Of a stretch of DNA of 64,000 nt, positions 38,533 to 48,739 are shown in pieces. Origin of the DNA: Candidatus Firestoneibacteriota bacterium. Lineage in GTDB: Bacteria > Oederibacteriota > D2-FULL-39-29. The stretch covers positions 1,730-65,729 of the forward strand of contig CAIYPD010000070.1 in NCBI GenBank assembly GCA_903928075.1, given 5' to 3'. Position 1 is the first letter of the stretch. Each line of letters starts with the position of its first letter. Below the pieces are notes generated by a model that saw only the letters and a list, made by a program, of their open reading frames with translations, was not told the origin of the DNA and did not search any database. The position numbers were made by a program, and so were the translations under genes.

Positions 38533-41265
38533 TTATCGCGCCTTCTTATTTTCTTTACCCATCTTCGCTTCCACCTCGCCGGCAAGGGTGTAAAGTTTTT
38601 CTGTCCGTTCACGATAAGAGGTGTTTAATAGCCAGGCATGACCGGCAACCCCCGCCGTAAACCGCCAGGCGGCAACCCCCCAACCCCCGAAATTCATATT
38701 ATCAAGGCCTTTCCACATATATACCAGCCGCTCATCGAGAGCCTCCTGACAGCGCTTTGCGAGTTCAGGTGCAACTGACTTCAAGCTCCTGTTGACAAGA
38801 GCATTTTCTATATATATGCGGGCCTCGCAATCCTGGATACCCTCTTCCAAAGCCAGCAAACGGGTCATAGCCGCCGGGCCGTCCTCTCTTGGTTCAAGAA
38901 CATAACTGTGAAGTTGATGCAGATAACCCAAGACCTCGGAAAAGCGTTCATTTACCCAGCCCACCCGCCGACCGTCCTTCTTAACCGCCGGCCAATAATC
39001 CGCGCCAACCCGGCCTATGCCTCTATAGAAATCTCCGGTAATAGAAAACTCGCATAAATAATACCAGTAACTTATAGGACCGGTCTCATTAGCCATCCGG
39101 GGATAGTAAGCGTCTAATTGCGGACGGTTCCAACCGAATAAACTCGTCATAGCTCGCGGTTTTACATCTGCCTTTGAACCGGCAGTTCCCGCCGTACCCT
39201 GTCTGATGTTTTCAAGATCATCGGCAAAACGCTGGCTCCACCAGGTGGCAGTGTAGCCGACTTTAGCAATTCCGTTTAGATCTTTAAAGGCATTATGCCC
39301 CTGCTGGACCCAGGGCAGATCCGGCGCGAGCTCAAGGAAAAATTTTGTATCTTCTTTATTAGGAGTGGAATCCGTGAACATACCCAGCTGGAGTGTTTTT
39401 TCAAGTCCGCGTTCTTTAAGCCGGGCCCGGACTTTTGCCAGTAACTCCCGCCAGATAGCCTTACTCACAGGATTACTCAATTTCGGGATACTGCCGTCCT
39501 TTGTACTTTTATCGGCATTTACAAAAGTTACCAGAGGTGCGCCGCCCGTGGTTTTCTGGTTTTCTTCAAGCACCAGGCCAAAGCGCCGGCCAGTGGCGTC
39601 TTTCGTGTTCATATATACTTCCCAAACCTGCAGTACCACAAGTTTTGGCTTACCCAGATATTTTTCGGCCGTATCCAGATATTTATCCATAACAGAAAAA
39701 TCCCAATCATACTTTCCGTCGGCTTTTTTAATCCAGCGGATCATAGATTCCTCATTGCCAAGATTCGTATGCGCTATCGCCGGAATATAAAGACTGCGCG
39801 CACCTGTTGCGCTTATTAATTTAAACGAACGCTCGATTAGTTTAAAGTGCTTCTCGGACCAGAGCGGAACATTGTACTCCACCGCCAGAGAATCCGGCGA
39901 CTGGATAAGTTCTACCCAGGTTTTAAAATCCTGGACATCCGGCAGGGTCCAGGCAAAGACTTTGAGTTCCACAGGCACTTGAACAGACGCTTCCCCGGAA
40001 ACAGAAACGGTAACTGTGCCTTTATAAGTCCCGGGTTCAGAATTCTTTGGCACCTTGACGCGCACCCAAAGAGGAACAACAGCGCCGTTAACCCGGCTGC
40101 CGTCCTTTGACCTTACCGCTACAGGAAATTCCTTGAGCGGCTCCGGCAGCAGCATACCCAGGCAGCCCGCACCGTCTTTATAGGGCAGAAAATCGGGAGG
40201 AGCAAACTCGTCATTTGCATATAAATCCTCCTGCCCGCCGGGAATACCGTATAAAAACTGCACCTGCGATGCCGGAATAAGAACCTCGCCGGATTTAAGG
40301 TCGCCGGCCGTAACTTTTAGACCTTTAATGGGTTTATCACTCCCAAGGATAACTTTCCCGTAGAAAGCCCCGTTGCGCGGGCTGTTAATAATCAGCGGTT
40401 TTAGAGTTTCAGTCAGGTCGCCATAATCTACATCCACATCTCCCGCAAGGTTCTCAGCATTCCAGACTTGAATACCTTTGGGCCTTCCGGCGTTTGGCAC
40501 CAGACCGGTCAAATTCTTAGCGGACAATCTGACTTTACGGATTTCACAGGTATTCCAAATCAATGCGAACTCTTTGGCCAGGGTTGTTGTCTTTTTTTTC
40601 TCCAGAAGTTCGGGATAGGGTGCGCGAATAAGCTCGAGGGCCAGTACATTAACGCCTTTTTTTAAAAGCGTCCGCGGGACCAAAAGCTCAAACATCCGGG
40701 TGCGCAGCGCCGGCGCCACCGTACGGGGCACTTCCCCTTTGGCATCCACAAATGCTTCGAGAGAATAAGCTTCCGCCAGCAGTTGTTTTGAATCTTTGGT
40801 GGCCGGGATATTTTTTCTGCCAATTTCTTTACCGTTCAAATAAACAATAACGCCCCCGTAGTATTCAAGCATAAGAGAGAGGTCATTGACCGAAAAAAGA
40901 TTAGTCACTTCAAATTTGCCGCGCATGCAGAGCCGCGCCAGATATGGCGTTCTGGCAGACCGGCGCGCAGGGCCTCGCAGCCAGCCGCGGTCATCCATCT
41001 CCGGTTCTTTCCAGTTATCCGCCGGGGGCGGCGTCGTCCAATCCAGCCATTTAACATTCAATAGAAGCGGTCTGATTTTACCGCCGTTCTGCTCCAGCGC
41101 CGGGGCTTCAAGAGTATGATACATACGCCAGACTCCGGCTGTATCCAGCACAATACCGGTTTCCGGAACCGGCGCCGAAAAAAGAAGCTGCCCGCTGCCG
41201 GTCAGAATAAGGCAAAAATATATTACCAGAGCGTAAAACTTTTTTTTTGCTTTCATATTGCGCAC
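38533..41265 (-). CDS. Large secreted hypothetical protein (910 aa), probable carbohydrate-active enzyme with an N-terminal galactose-binding-like domain
   Basis: It has a signal peptide, a long GC-rich ORF and sits next to the GH10 xylanase. The family is not assigned. Confidence 0.55.
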   Translation of the reverse strand: MRNMKAKKKFYALVIYFCLILTGSGQLLFSAPVPETGIVLDTAGVWRMYHTLEAPALEQNGGKIRPLLLNVKWLDWTTPPPADNWKEPEMDDRGWLRGPARRSARTPYLARLCMRGKFEVTNLFSVNDLSLMLEYYGGVIVYLNGKEIGRKNIPATKDSKQLLAEAYSLEAFVDAKGEVPRTVAPALRTRMFELLVPRTLLKKGVNVLALELIRAPYPELLEKKKTTTLAKEFALIWNTCEIRKVRLSAKNLTGLVPNAGRPKGIQVWNAENLAGDVDVDYGDLTETLKPLIINSPRNGAFYGKVILGSDKPIKGLKVTAGDLKSGEVLIPASQVQFLYGIPGGQEDLYANDEFAPPDFLPYKDGAGCLGMLLPEPLKEFPVAVRSKDGSRVNGAVVPLWVRVKVPKNSEPGTYKGTVTVSVSGEASVQVPVELKVFAWTLPDVQDFKTWVELIQSPDSLAVEYNVPLWSEKHFKLIERSFKLISATGARSLYIPAIAHTNLGNEESMIRWIKKADGKYDWDFSVMDKYLDTAEKYLGKPKLVVLQVWEVYMNTKDATGRRFGLVLEENQKTTGGAPLVTFVNADKSTKDGSIPKLSNPVSKAIWRELLAKVRARLKERGLEKTLQLGMFTDSTPNKEDTKFFLELAPDLPWVQQGHNAFKDLNGIAKVGYTATWWSQRFADDLENIRQGTAGTAGSKADVKPRAMTSLFGWNRPQLDAYYPRMANETGPISYWYYLCEFSITGDFYRGIGRVGADYWPAVKKDGRRVGWVNERFSEVLGYLHQLHSYVLEPREDGPAAMTRLLALEEGIQDCEARIYIENALVNRSLKSVAPELAKRCQEALDERLVYMWKGLDNMNFGGWGVAAWRFTAGVAGHAWLLNTSYRERTEKLYTLAGEVEAKMGKENKKAR

Positions 41266-41330
41266 TCCTATTACTCAACTATAGTTATTTATTATAAGTT
41301 CCAGTTAAAATACCGGCTCCGGGTATTTTA

Positions 41331-43001
41331 TCAAAAGTCCGTGCTTATTGTGATATTTTTATTTTTTTCCGCAGAGGCCAGAGATACTTTTTTGGTAAAT
41401 ATTTTTCCGTTAGAGGTGGTGACCGTGACCAAATGCTCGCCAAAATAAGGACGGCAGGAGTACTTTCCTTTGTCATCCGTCTGCCCTTTGGCTTTTGTCC
41501 ACCACTCCTCATAGACCAGTTTCCTGTACATATTTGCGGCCGAAGTCGGGGTAAAGTCTTTTTTAAAGAGTGCGGATTTGGGCCGCCAGTGCGCGCCCTC
41601 CCAGAAACCCCACATAAGGATACCATTCACCCTGGGATAGGCAAAGCATATCCGGTAAAGAGTTTCCAGTCCTTCGGCTTTAACCCGTTCATTTCCGGAG
41701 TTGATGTCAAACTCGGTTATTTTTATGGGGAGATTAAATTTCGACAGAACCTCGAGGGATTTTGCCACCAGAAACGGATTTAGGGCACCATTAAAATGAC
41801 CCTGTATACCTATCCCGCCGACAGGCGCGCCCAGATCAATTAAATGCCGGATATGCGCCGCATATTGTTCTTCCAGAGTTTCGTTTTTCATTATGTCATA
41901 ATCGTTCACATAAAGGACCGTCTCAGGATCACTTTTTTGTACCGTTTGGAACATCTCCTTCCAGATTCCTTCGCCAAGCCGGTTTTTATAAAAACTACCG
42001 TGCATCATTTCATTATTCACATCATACTCGCTTATCCGGCCTTTATATCTTTCAGGGAGTTCTTTGGCGCGTTTTAATACCGCCTCTCTTAACTCCTCCT
42101 TATTAAGTTTCTTAATCCAGGGCTGGAGTACCTCTTCCACCTCCCAGAAGATACAATGCCCTCGCATACTTATGTTATTCTCCTCGCACCAGGCAAGTAT
42201 CTTATCGGCATCCCCGTAGGTAAATTGGCCTTTCTCTTTCTCTGTGCCGTACCATTTAAGAGCATTTTCATGAACGGCGCTGTTAAAATTCTCCTTCAGT
42301 ATTTTAAGAAATTTTTCGCGGGTGCTTTCGTCAAAAGTATTCACGCCCGAGGTAATGGCGGTCCCGAACCAGAATTCATGTCTTAACTGGTCAACGGCTA
42401 TACCGGCATTTTTAATTATTCCGCCGTCTTTGCCGAGCACCGTTATTTCCAGCCCGCCCTTTCTTATTTTTTCAGTTTGTTCTTTGAGCTTTTTCATCAA
42501 GAGCTCCTTCTTTACTTTAAGGTCCGGCTCCGCTTCTTCTTTAGGAACAATACGGGGAAGCAGCCCTGAGCCATTGTCTTCAATTTTCAGCCGTTCGATA
42601 TATAAATTCCGGTCTTCCTTTTTTTTCTCATCAAAGCCGTCATTGGTAAACTGAATTTTTATTTTACAAATCCCTTTCTCTATTTTAGCGGTAAACTGAA
42701 ATTCCTGCAGCCGGGAAGAAGCCACCGGCGAGGAAAACAGCACCGTCTCATTGCAGAGAACTTTCATTTCAGGCCAGATATCAAACGCCTTAGTGCCCCG
42801 CGCTATAACCGTAAATTTATATACGCCGTTTTCAGGAAAATCGAATACTTCGCCTATAAAGCCGTTCGTCCAGAGGTTCCACACCTCTTTAAAAGGATCG
42901 CCGGCGCTGTTATCCGACATATCAGCGGCTTTAACAACAACTTCAGCCGGGAATACGGAGCCGGACAGAGAAATAAGCAAAACTAATGGAATAACCAGCA
43001 T
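41331..43001 (-). CDS. Glycoside hydrolase family 10 endo-1,4-beta-xylanase with an N-terminal carbohydrate-binding module
   Basis: The GH10 motifs are present: ...VNDYDIM..., NEMMHGSF, IGIQGHF, and the catalytic nucleophile region IKITEFDI. Confidence 0.8.
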   Translation of the reverse strand: MLVIPLVLLISLSGSVFPAEVVVKAADMSDNSAGDPFKEVWNLWTNGFIGEVFDFPENGVYKFTVIARGTKAFDIWPEMKVLCNETVLFSSPVASSRLQEFQFTAKIEKGICKIKIQFTNDGFDEKKKEDRNLYIERLKIEDNGSGLLPRIVPKEEAEPDLKVKKELLMKKLKEQTEKIRKGGLEITVLGKDGGIIKNAGIAVDQLRHEFWFGTAITSGVNTFDESTREKFLKILKENFNSAVHENALKWYGTEKEKGQFTYGDADKILAWCEENNISMRGHCIFWEVEEVLQPWIKKLNKEELREAVLKRAKELPERYKGRISEYDVNNEMMHGSFYKNRLGEGIWKEMFQTVQKSDPETVLYVNDYDIMKNETLEEQYAAHIRHLIDLGAPVGGIGIQGHFNGALNPFLVAKSLEVLSKFNLPIKITEFDINSGNERVKAEGLETLYRICFAYPRVNGILMWGFWEGAHWRPKSALFKKDFTPTSAANMYRKLVYEEWWTKAKGQTDDKGKYSCRPYFGEHLVTVTTSNGKIFTKKVSLASAEKNKNITISTDF

Positions 43002-43023
43002 GTTTGCGCATTTAAGCCATTTT

Positions 43024-43359
43024 CTATTTATCAGACTTTACTCCTTTTTTTGGTTTTGGTTCAGGAAGTTCTTTATAGGTTATCCTTATCAAATTACTGA
43101 GCCATTCCCGGTCTTCTATTTTATCTTCAATAAGGAAGCTCAATTTCGCGCCAGGATAAGCCGGCGCCAGGACCGCATCTCCTATAAAAGCCTTTCCCCT
43201 TGAGGTGACTTTTACAAAAAGCCGGTTATCGCAGACCAGCGCAACCACTTTGCCTTGGCAATAAAGCGCGTACTCCCCGAACATCTTCCGGTAGGAAATA
43301 GTCCCTGTATTTTCAAGCTGGTCAACTATAAAATCCAGAAAACTTTTATCCGAGGCCAT
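43024..43359 (-). CDS. TfoX/Sxy N-terminal domain family protein
   Basis: Over 111 aa the pattern FLDFIVDQL...RKMFGEYALY..GKVVALVCDNRLFVK matches TfoX_N. Confidence 0.6.
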   Translation of the reverse strand: MASDKSFLDFIVDQLENTGTISYRKMFGEYALYCQGKVVALVCDNRLFVKVTSRGKAFIGDAVLAPAYPGAKLSFLIEDKIEDREWLSNLIRITYKELPEPKPKKGVKSDK

Positions 43360-43929
43360 TACTTTCTCCTTTTTTACGGCAGAAGCAGGAACAAACGGAA
43401 CTTCCGGTAGTGGTCTTGTTTGTTAACCGGACACTATGCTAACAAATGGAAGAAAGTATCTCAAGTTAAAAGGATAAAAGTTTCCACGATTCCTTCCTGA
43501 CGGCCCTTATGTGACTGCTATAGTTTCAATATCATAACGAATAAGTAATGATTATGCCGGTTTTTTTTTGCAGGCTTATTTATGTTTATTTTTTTGGCAC
43601 TGAAGGGAGACTCAAATCATTCTCGGCTTTTTGAAAAACAAGGCCTTTACCCTTCAGCTTCTTATAGCCTTTGGACAACTGCTAAAGCAAATTAAGATTA
43701 TTTGTATCTATGCCCGATGGGGACCTGTCCCCCTAAAGTGGTGGGGGAATAATGTGTGTTAATGGGAGACAAGATGGAGGGAATAACTTCTTGAAAAATA
43801 GCTGCATTAGTGATACATTTAACATAGAAGGATTTCTTGGGAAATTTCAAAAATGTCGGATCGTACATCCGTAGGGGGTTTTTTGTTTCTAAGGGAATTC
43901 TTTCAGTCAGGCTTTGAAAGGAAGAAGCT

Positions 43930-45774
43930 TTGGAAAGTTTCATAGTTGATTGGAGGCTATCTTTTGATGCGCTTTCGATCTTCTTCGGTTTCGTAATACT
44001 GCTGGTGGCAATTCCGTCATGGGTTTATTCAATAGGATACATGCAAGGCCTATACTCCCGCGGCAGGATTCGTTTTGCCAAAATTCTGTTTTTCTTTTTC
44101 ATTCTCTCGATGCTTCTGGTCGTTTTTTCCTCAAATGTACTTTTTTTCCTCATAGCCTGGGAACTGATGTCGTTGCTTTCCTACTTTTTGGTAACCCTCG
44201 ATTCGCACGAAGAAAAAGCATCCAGAGCAGGGCTTATCTATATCCTGATGACTCATGTTGGTACCACCTTCATGACAGCGGCCTTTCTTATTATATATTC
44301 TTACTCCGGGTCTTTCGACTTTATTGCCTTTAAAGAAACCTGCCTACTTCTTCCTTCAACCATAAAGACAGTTGTCTTTTTGTGTTTTGTTGTAGGGTTT
44401 GGGACTAAAGCCGGCCTTATTCCCTTTCATATCTGGCTTCCCTATGCGCATCCCGAAGCTCCGAGTCATATTTCTTCCGTTATGTCCGGTGCAATGATAA
44501 AGATAGGCGTCTACGGTTTTATCAGGTTTGTACTTTTTATTCTCGGGGTCTCTGAACTCTGGTGGGGAAATCTTATATTGGTTCTTGCTATCATCTCAAG
44601 TGTAGGCGGAATTCTTTATGCGCTTATGGAGAAAGATCTAAAAAAAATGCTTGCCTACAGCAGTATCGAAAATATCGGATTAATTATGCTCGGAATCGGC
44701 GGTTATATGGTGTTTATTAAAATGAACCAGCCTCTTCTGGCTGTTTTTTCCCTGGCAGCAGCGCTCTACCACACAGTCAATCATGCAATCTTTAAAACTC
44801 TTCTCTTTATGTGTTCGGGTGCTATTCTAAAAACCTGCGGGACAAAGAATATGGAAAAGCTGGGGGGCTTGATAAAATTAATGCCCGTAACCGCGTTTTG
44901 TTTTCTTATCGGTGCTCTTTCTATTTCTGCGATGCCGCCGCTAAACGGATTTATGAGCGAGTGGTTGATTCTTCAAACATTATTTTCCGGAGCACTTGCC
45001 GGCGCCACATTTCCAAAAATGAAAATATTTCTGGCTCTTCTGACTGGGCTTCTTGCCTTGACCGGGGGACTAGCGGCGGCCTGTTTTGTAAAAGCTTTCG
45101 GTATTTCTTTTCTCGCGGGGACAAGGTCAAAGAAAACAGAGACAGCAAATGACTCCGGTTGGACGATGAAAGCGCCTATGATTTTTTTAACCGGTCTTAT
45201 TTTTATCTTTGGTATATTTGCAGCCCCGGTTTTTAAAGTTCTTATTGACACGGTTTCGTCTGTTTCCGGTCTAAACAGCGGAGGCGCTGCGTTTACCTTC
45301 AATGTTATGTCCCTGGCGCCCCGGAATAATTCAACTATGAGCCTGAACAGCCTGCTTCTATTTGGTATTTTGGTTATAACAGAAGTAACAATATTTGCAG
45401 TGGTTAAAATAATCACAAAAAAAAGAACTGTTACCTGTGCCCATACCTGGGCTTGCGGATATTACAGGACAACGGAAAGAAATCAATATACCTCAACAGG
45501 TTTTTCCAAACCATTCCGGGTGGCCTTTAGTTTTATTCTTATGCCTTCCAGAAAGCTGGAAAAAATAAGAGATTCCCACTATCACGTAAAAGCTTTTAAA
45601 TACGAGGTGCATACAAAACAATTTTTAAACGAATATTTTTATAAACCGGTTATCAAGCGGCTTTTCCGGTTCGCAGAATGGTCGAGAAAACTTCAGCAGG
45701 GAAGTGTTCATATCTATATCGGGTATATCTTCCTTGCCATAGTATTTTTAATAGTCTTTCTTAAGAGGTTTTAA
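43930..45774 (+). CDS. NuoL/HyfB-like proton-pumping antiporter subunit of a group-4 hydrogenase-like complex
   Basis: It is a multi-TM Mrp/NuoL-family protein (WLPYAHPEAPSHISS...). It has a TTG start with an AGGAAG RBS. It is the first gene of the six-gene operon. Confidence 0.8.
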   Translation: MESFIVDWRLSFDALSIFFGFVILLVAIPSWVYSIGYMQGLYSRGRIRFAKILFFFFILSMLLVVFSSNVLFFLIAWELMSLLSYFLVTLDSHEEKASRAGLIYILMTHVGTTFMTAAFLIIYSYSGSFDFIAFKETCLLLPSTIKTVVFLCFVVGFGTKAGLIPFHIWLPYAHPEAPSHISSVMSGAMIKIGVYGFIRFVLFILGVSELWWGNLILVLAIISSVGGILYALMEKDLKKMLAYSSIENIGLIMLGIGGYMVFIKMNQPLLAVFSLAAALYHTVNHAIFKTLLFMCSGAILKTCGTKNMEKLGGLIKLMPVTAFCFLIGALSISAMPPLNGFMSEWLILQTLFSGALAGATFPKMKIFLALLTGLLALTGGLAAACFVKAFGISFLAGTRSKKTETANDSGWTMKAPMIFLTGLIFIFGIFAAPVFKVLIDTVSSVSGLNSGGAAFTFNVMSLAPRNNSTMSLNSLLLFGILVITEVTIFAVVKIITKKRTVTCAHTWACGYYRTTERNQYTSTGFSKPFRVAFSFILMPSRKLEKIRDSHYHVKAFKYEVHTKQFLNEYFYKPVIKRLFRFAEWSRKLQQGSVHIYIGYIFLAIVFLIVFLKRF

Positions 45775-46661
45775 TGAAAATAACAGTTATCATACTTCAA
45801 GCGGTTCTTTTGATAGCTGCCTCACCTTTCATAAGCGGTTTTATAAAGAAGTTGAAGAATCACATAAGAATGAGAAAGGGCGCGCCCTTGCTTCAGCCTT
45901 ACCATAATATAGTTAAATTATTTGGCAAGGATGAAACTATTTCGAAGGATTCTTCATATATTTTCAGGATAGCACCTTATGTTCTGATAACAACGGCCGT
46001 TGCCGCAGCCTTACTTTCTCCGTCATTTTTCCCGTCGTTCCAAATATCCGGAACCGGAGATATATTTATAATTATTTTTATTTTTGCGCTCGGACGTTTC
46101 TTTACGGCTCTGGCAGGGCTTGACACAGGCAGCACCTTCGGAGGGATGGGTTCTTCCAGAGAAATGTTCATCTCTGCGCTCGCCGAACCTGCATTTCTTG
46201 TTTCTGTGTTTGCCGCTTCGCTTGCTGCCGGGAATACCGGAATAAGCTCTCTTCTTCCGGGCGGAGTCTTTAAGATTTCCCTGGTTTGCAGCGGTCTGGC
46301 TTTCTACCTGGTGTTGCTTGCGGAGACCGCGAGAGTTCCGGTGGACAATCAAGAAACGCATCTTGAACTCACAATGATCCATGAAGCTATGATTCTGGAG
46401 TACTCCGGGAAATCGCTCGCACTTATTGAACTTGCCGGTCATATTAAACAATTAGTGCTGCTTTCTCTTCTGGTCTATATTTTTATTCCTGTTGGCAGCG
46501 GAACCGGCTTTTATATTATTAAAATTGTTGCAGTTGCGGCGGTAACCGCAATCATAGAGGTTGCTCTCGCCAAGATGAGATTATTCCGGGTGGTGGACTA
46601 TCTAATTTTTTCTTTTGTTCTTTCTCTGGCGGCAGTTACCGCTTTTATAATGGGAGTCTAA
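45774..46661 (+). CDS. NuoH/HycD/HyfC-like membrane subunit
   Basis: It is a 295-aa polytopic protein with the NuoH-like pattern. Confidence 0.75.
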   Translation: MKITVIILQAVLLIAASPFISGFIKKLKNHIRMRKGAPLLQPYHNIVKLFGKDETISKDSSYIFRIAPYVLITTAVAAALLSPSFFPSFQISGTGDIFIIIFIFALGRFFTALAGLDTGSTFGGMGSSREMFISALAEPAFLVSVFAASLAAGNTGISSLLPGGVFKISLVCSGLAFYLVLLAETARVPVDNQETHLELTMIHEAMILEYSGKSLALIELAGHIKQLVLLSLLVYIFIPVGSGTGFYIIKIVAVAAVTAIIEVALAKMRLFRVVDYLIFSFVLSLAAVTAFIMGV

Positions 46662-47300
46662 ATGCATATAGAGCTGATGCAATATGGCGTACTTCTAATG
46701 GCTTTTGCTATGGTGGCCGCAAAAAGATTTTCGGCACTTGTTACTTCGTTTACCATACAGTCCTTTTTACTTTTTATTTTGACTTTAAGTGAGGCGATAA
46801 AAACCGGAAGCACACAGCTCTATATATTAGCCGTGTTAATCTTTGCGATAAAAGTAATCGGGATACCGGTATTTTTGGGAAGAATAACAAAAAAAATAAA
46901 GGTGCCGGACGAGATGGGGCTTTATGTTAATACAACACTTTCTATTATTATTGCCGCGCTCCTGTCCGGTATTTCCTACTATTTCATCAGAAACTTCCTT
47001 CCCTCAATGGAAAAAGAAGCAGGCATAGCTCTTATAATAGCTCTTTCCGTTACTTTGATAGGATTGTTCATAATGATTTTTCGAATCAAAGCCCTGGCTC
47101 AGGTTGTCGGGCTTCTAATAATGGAAAACGGAATATTTCTGGCAGGTGCTTCTATAACCGGCGGAATTCCGTTTTTTGTGGAGATTGCGGTATCCTTTGA
47201 CGTTTTTATTGCCGTAATGATACTCGGTGTTTTTGTTTACAGGATTAACAGTTTATTTACCCACATTGATGTGGACAAGTTAAACGAGCTGAAAGGTTGA
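46662..47300 (+). CDS. HyfE-like small membrane subunit (NuoK-related)
   Basis: At 212 aa its size and hydrophobic pattern match hydrogenase-4 component E. Confidence 0.6.
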   Translation: MHIELMQYGVLLMAFAMVAAKRFSALVTSFTIQSFLLFILTLSEAIKTGSTQLYILAVLIFAIKVIGIPVFLGRITKKIKVPDEMGLYVNTTLSIIIAALLSGISYYFIRNFLPSMEKEAGIALIIALSVTLIGLFIMIFRIKALAQVVGLLIMENGIFLAGASITGGIPFFVEIAVSFDVFIAVMILGVFVYRINSLFTHIDVDKLNELKG

Positions 47301-47301
47301 T

Positions 47302-48738
47302 ATGGAAATAGTTATTGTTTTCATAGCTCTGCTTCTTTCGGGTGGAGTTTCCTTCTTTATAAAAAATGGAAAAAAAGGCGGGATGATAACTCTGGGCGGA
47401 CAGATAGTTGCCGGGATATTTTCCTTATTGCTTTGCGCGCGTACATCCGGCGGTACTGCTCTTGCGGTTTTAAATTTCTTTTATGTGGACGGACTGACTG
47501 CATTTTTCCTGTTTTTGATCTCCATATCCTCGATGGCAACGGCGTTTTATTCTCTCTGGTATTTTAAAGATGATGAAAATACCGGATTTTATAACTTTCT
47601 CTTCAATATCTTTGTTTTTTCTATGTATTTTGTGGTAACAGTAAACAACCTCGGAATGATGTGGATGGCGGTGGAGATAACGACTCTTTCTTCGGCTTTT
47701 CTTGTCGGGTACAGGAACAACAAAACAGCTGTGGAAGCAGCCTGGAAGTATGTAATCATCTGTTCCGTCGGCATAACGCTCGCTCTTTTCGGGATAATTT
47801 TATTTTACTACACCGGTTTGACCCAAGCTGGTATAAAAAGTTTAAACTGGACCCAGCTTAATGCGGCCGGAAATTTCCTCGATCCTATGGTTGTAAAAGC
47901 CGCTCTAATATTTATTATAGTCGGTTTTGGTACAAAGGCCGGTCTTGCTCCGATGCATAACTGGCTGCCGGACGCCCACAGCCAGGCGCCGACACCGATA
48001 AGCGCGCTTTTATCGGGAGCTCTTCTTAAAGTCTCTCTCTATGCTATCATAAGATTTATGATAATTTCCTCCAAGAGTGTCGGTTTTTCCTTCTGCGGAA
48101 ATATTCTCGGGCTTTTCGGGATCATCTCTCTGGCTGTTGCCGCCTTCTTTATGCTGGTGCAAAAAGATATCAAGCGCCTGCTTGCCTACTCGAGCGTCGA
48201 ACATATGGGGATAATATCTATGGGCTTTTACTTTGGCGGCAAGACGGGTGTATTCGGTGCCTTGTTCCATACCCTAAATCATGCGGCGGCCAAATCCTTG
48301 ATGTTCTTCTCCTCCGGGGTTATTATAAAAAAATACGGGACTAACAATATGCATCAGATTAAAGGCGCTCTCGAGGTCCTTCCTTTTGCCGCCTCAGCCG
48401 CTTTTCTTGGAATGTTTGCCGTTGCAGGGCTTCCGCCGTTCTCAATATTTATGAGTGAATTCACCGTGCTTTATGCCGGATTTAAAGGCGGATTCTATTT
48501 CAGTTCCTCTGCGGTCCTGGTGTTTCTGGCAATAATCTTTGGAGCTCTGATATACCATTTTAGCGGGATGATTTACGGAAAGAAACCGTCAGAAATGTTT
48601 CGCATTAAGGAGTCTTTGGGGATAACGGTACTTTTTGGCGTTATGCTTATTGTGCTTTTAGCCCTGGGCCTGCACATCCCGGAATTTGTAAATACCCTTA
48701 TAGATTCTGCGTCAAATGTAATATTTGGAGTGGAATAA
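47302..48738 (+). CDS. NuoN/M-like / HyfF-like antiporter subunit
   Basis: It has the WLPDAHSQAPTPISALL motif of NuoM/N-family subunits. Confidence 0.8.
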   Translation: MEIVIVFIALLLSGGVSFFIKNGKKGGMITLGGQIVAGIFSLLLCARTSGGTALAVLNFFYVDGLTAFFLFLISISSMATAFYSLWYFKDDENTGFYNFLFNIFVFSMYFVVTVNNLGMMWMAVEITTLSSAFLVGYRNNKTAVEAAWKYVIICSVGITLALFGIILFYYTGLTQAGIKSLNWTQLNAAGNFLDPMVVKAALIFIIVGFGTKAGLAPMHNWLPDAHSQAPTPISALLSGALLKVSLYAIIRFMIISSKSVGFSFCGNILGLFGIISLAVAAFFMLVQKDIKRLLAYSSVEHMGIISMGFYFGGKTGVFGALFHTLNHAAAKSLMFFSSGVIIKKYGTNNMHQIKGALEVLPFAASAAFLGMFAVAGLPPFSIFMSEFTVLYAGFKGGFYFSSSAVLVFLAIIFGALIYHFSGMIYGKKPSEMFRIKESLGITVLFGVMLIVLLALGLHIPEFVNTLIDSASNVIFGVE

Positions 48739-48739
48739 T

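Noticed and set aside
43698-43943. 81-aa minus-strand ORF in the control region upstream of the hydrogenase-like operon
   Set aside because: It overlaps the operon's start codon and RBS. It has no RBS of its own and its composition is not protein-like. It is treated as non-coding regulatory DNA.
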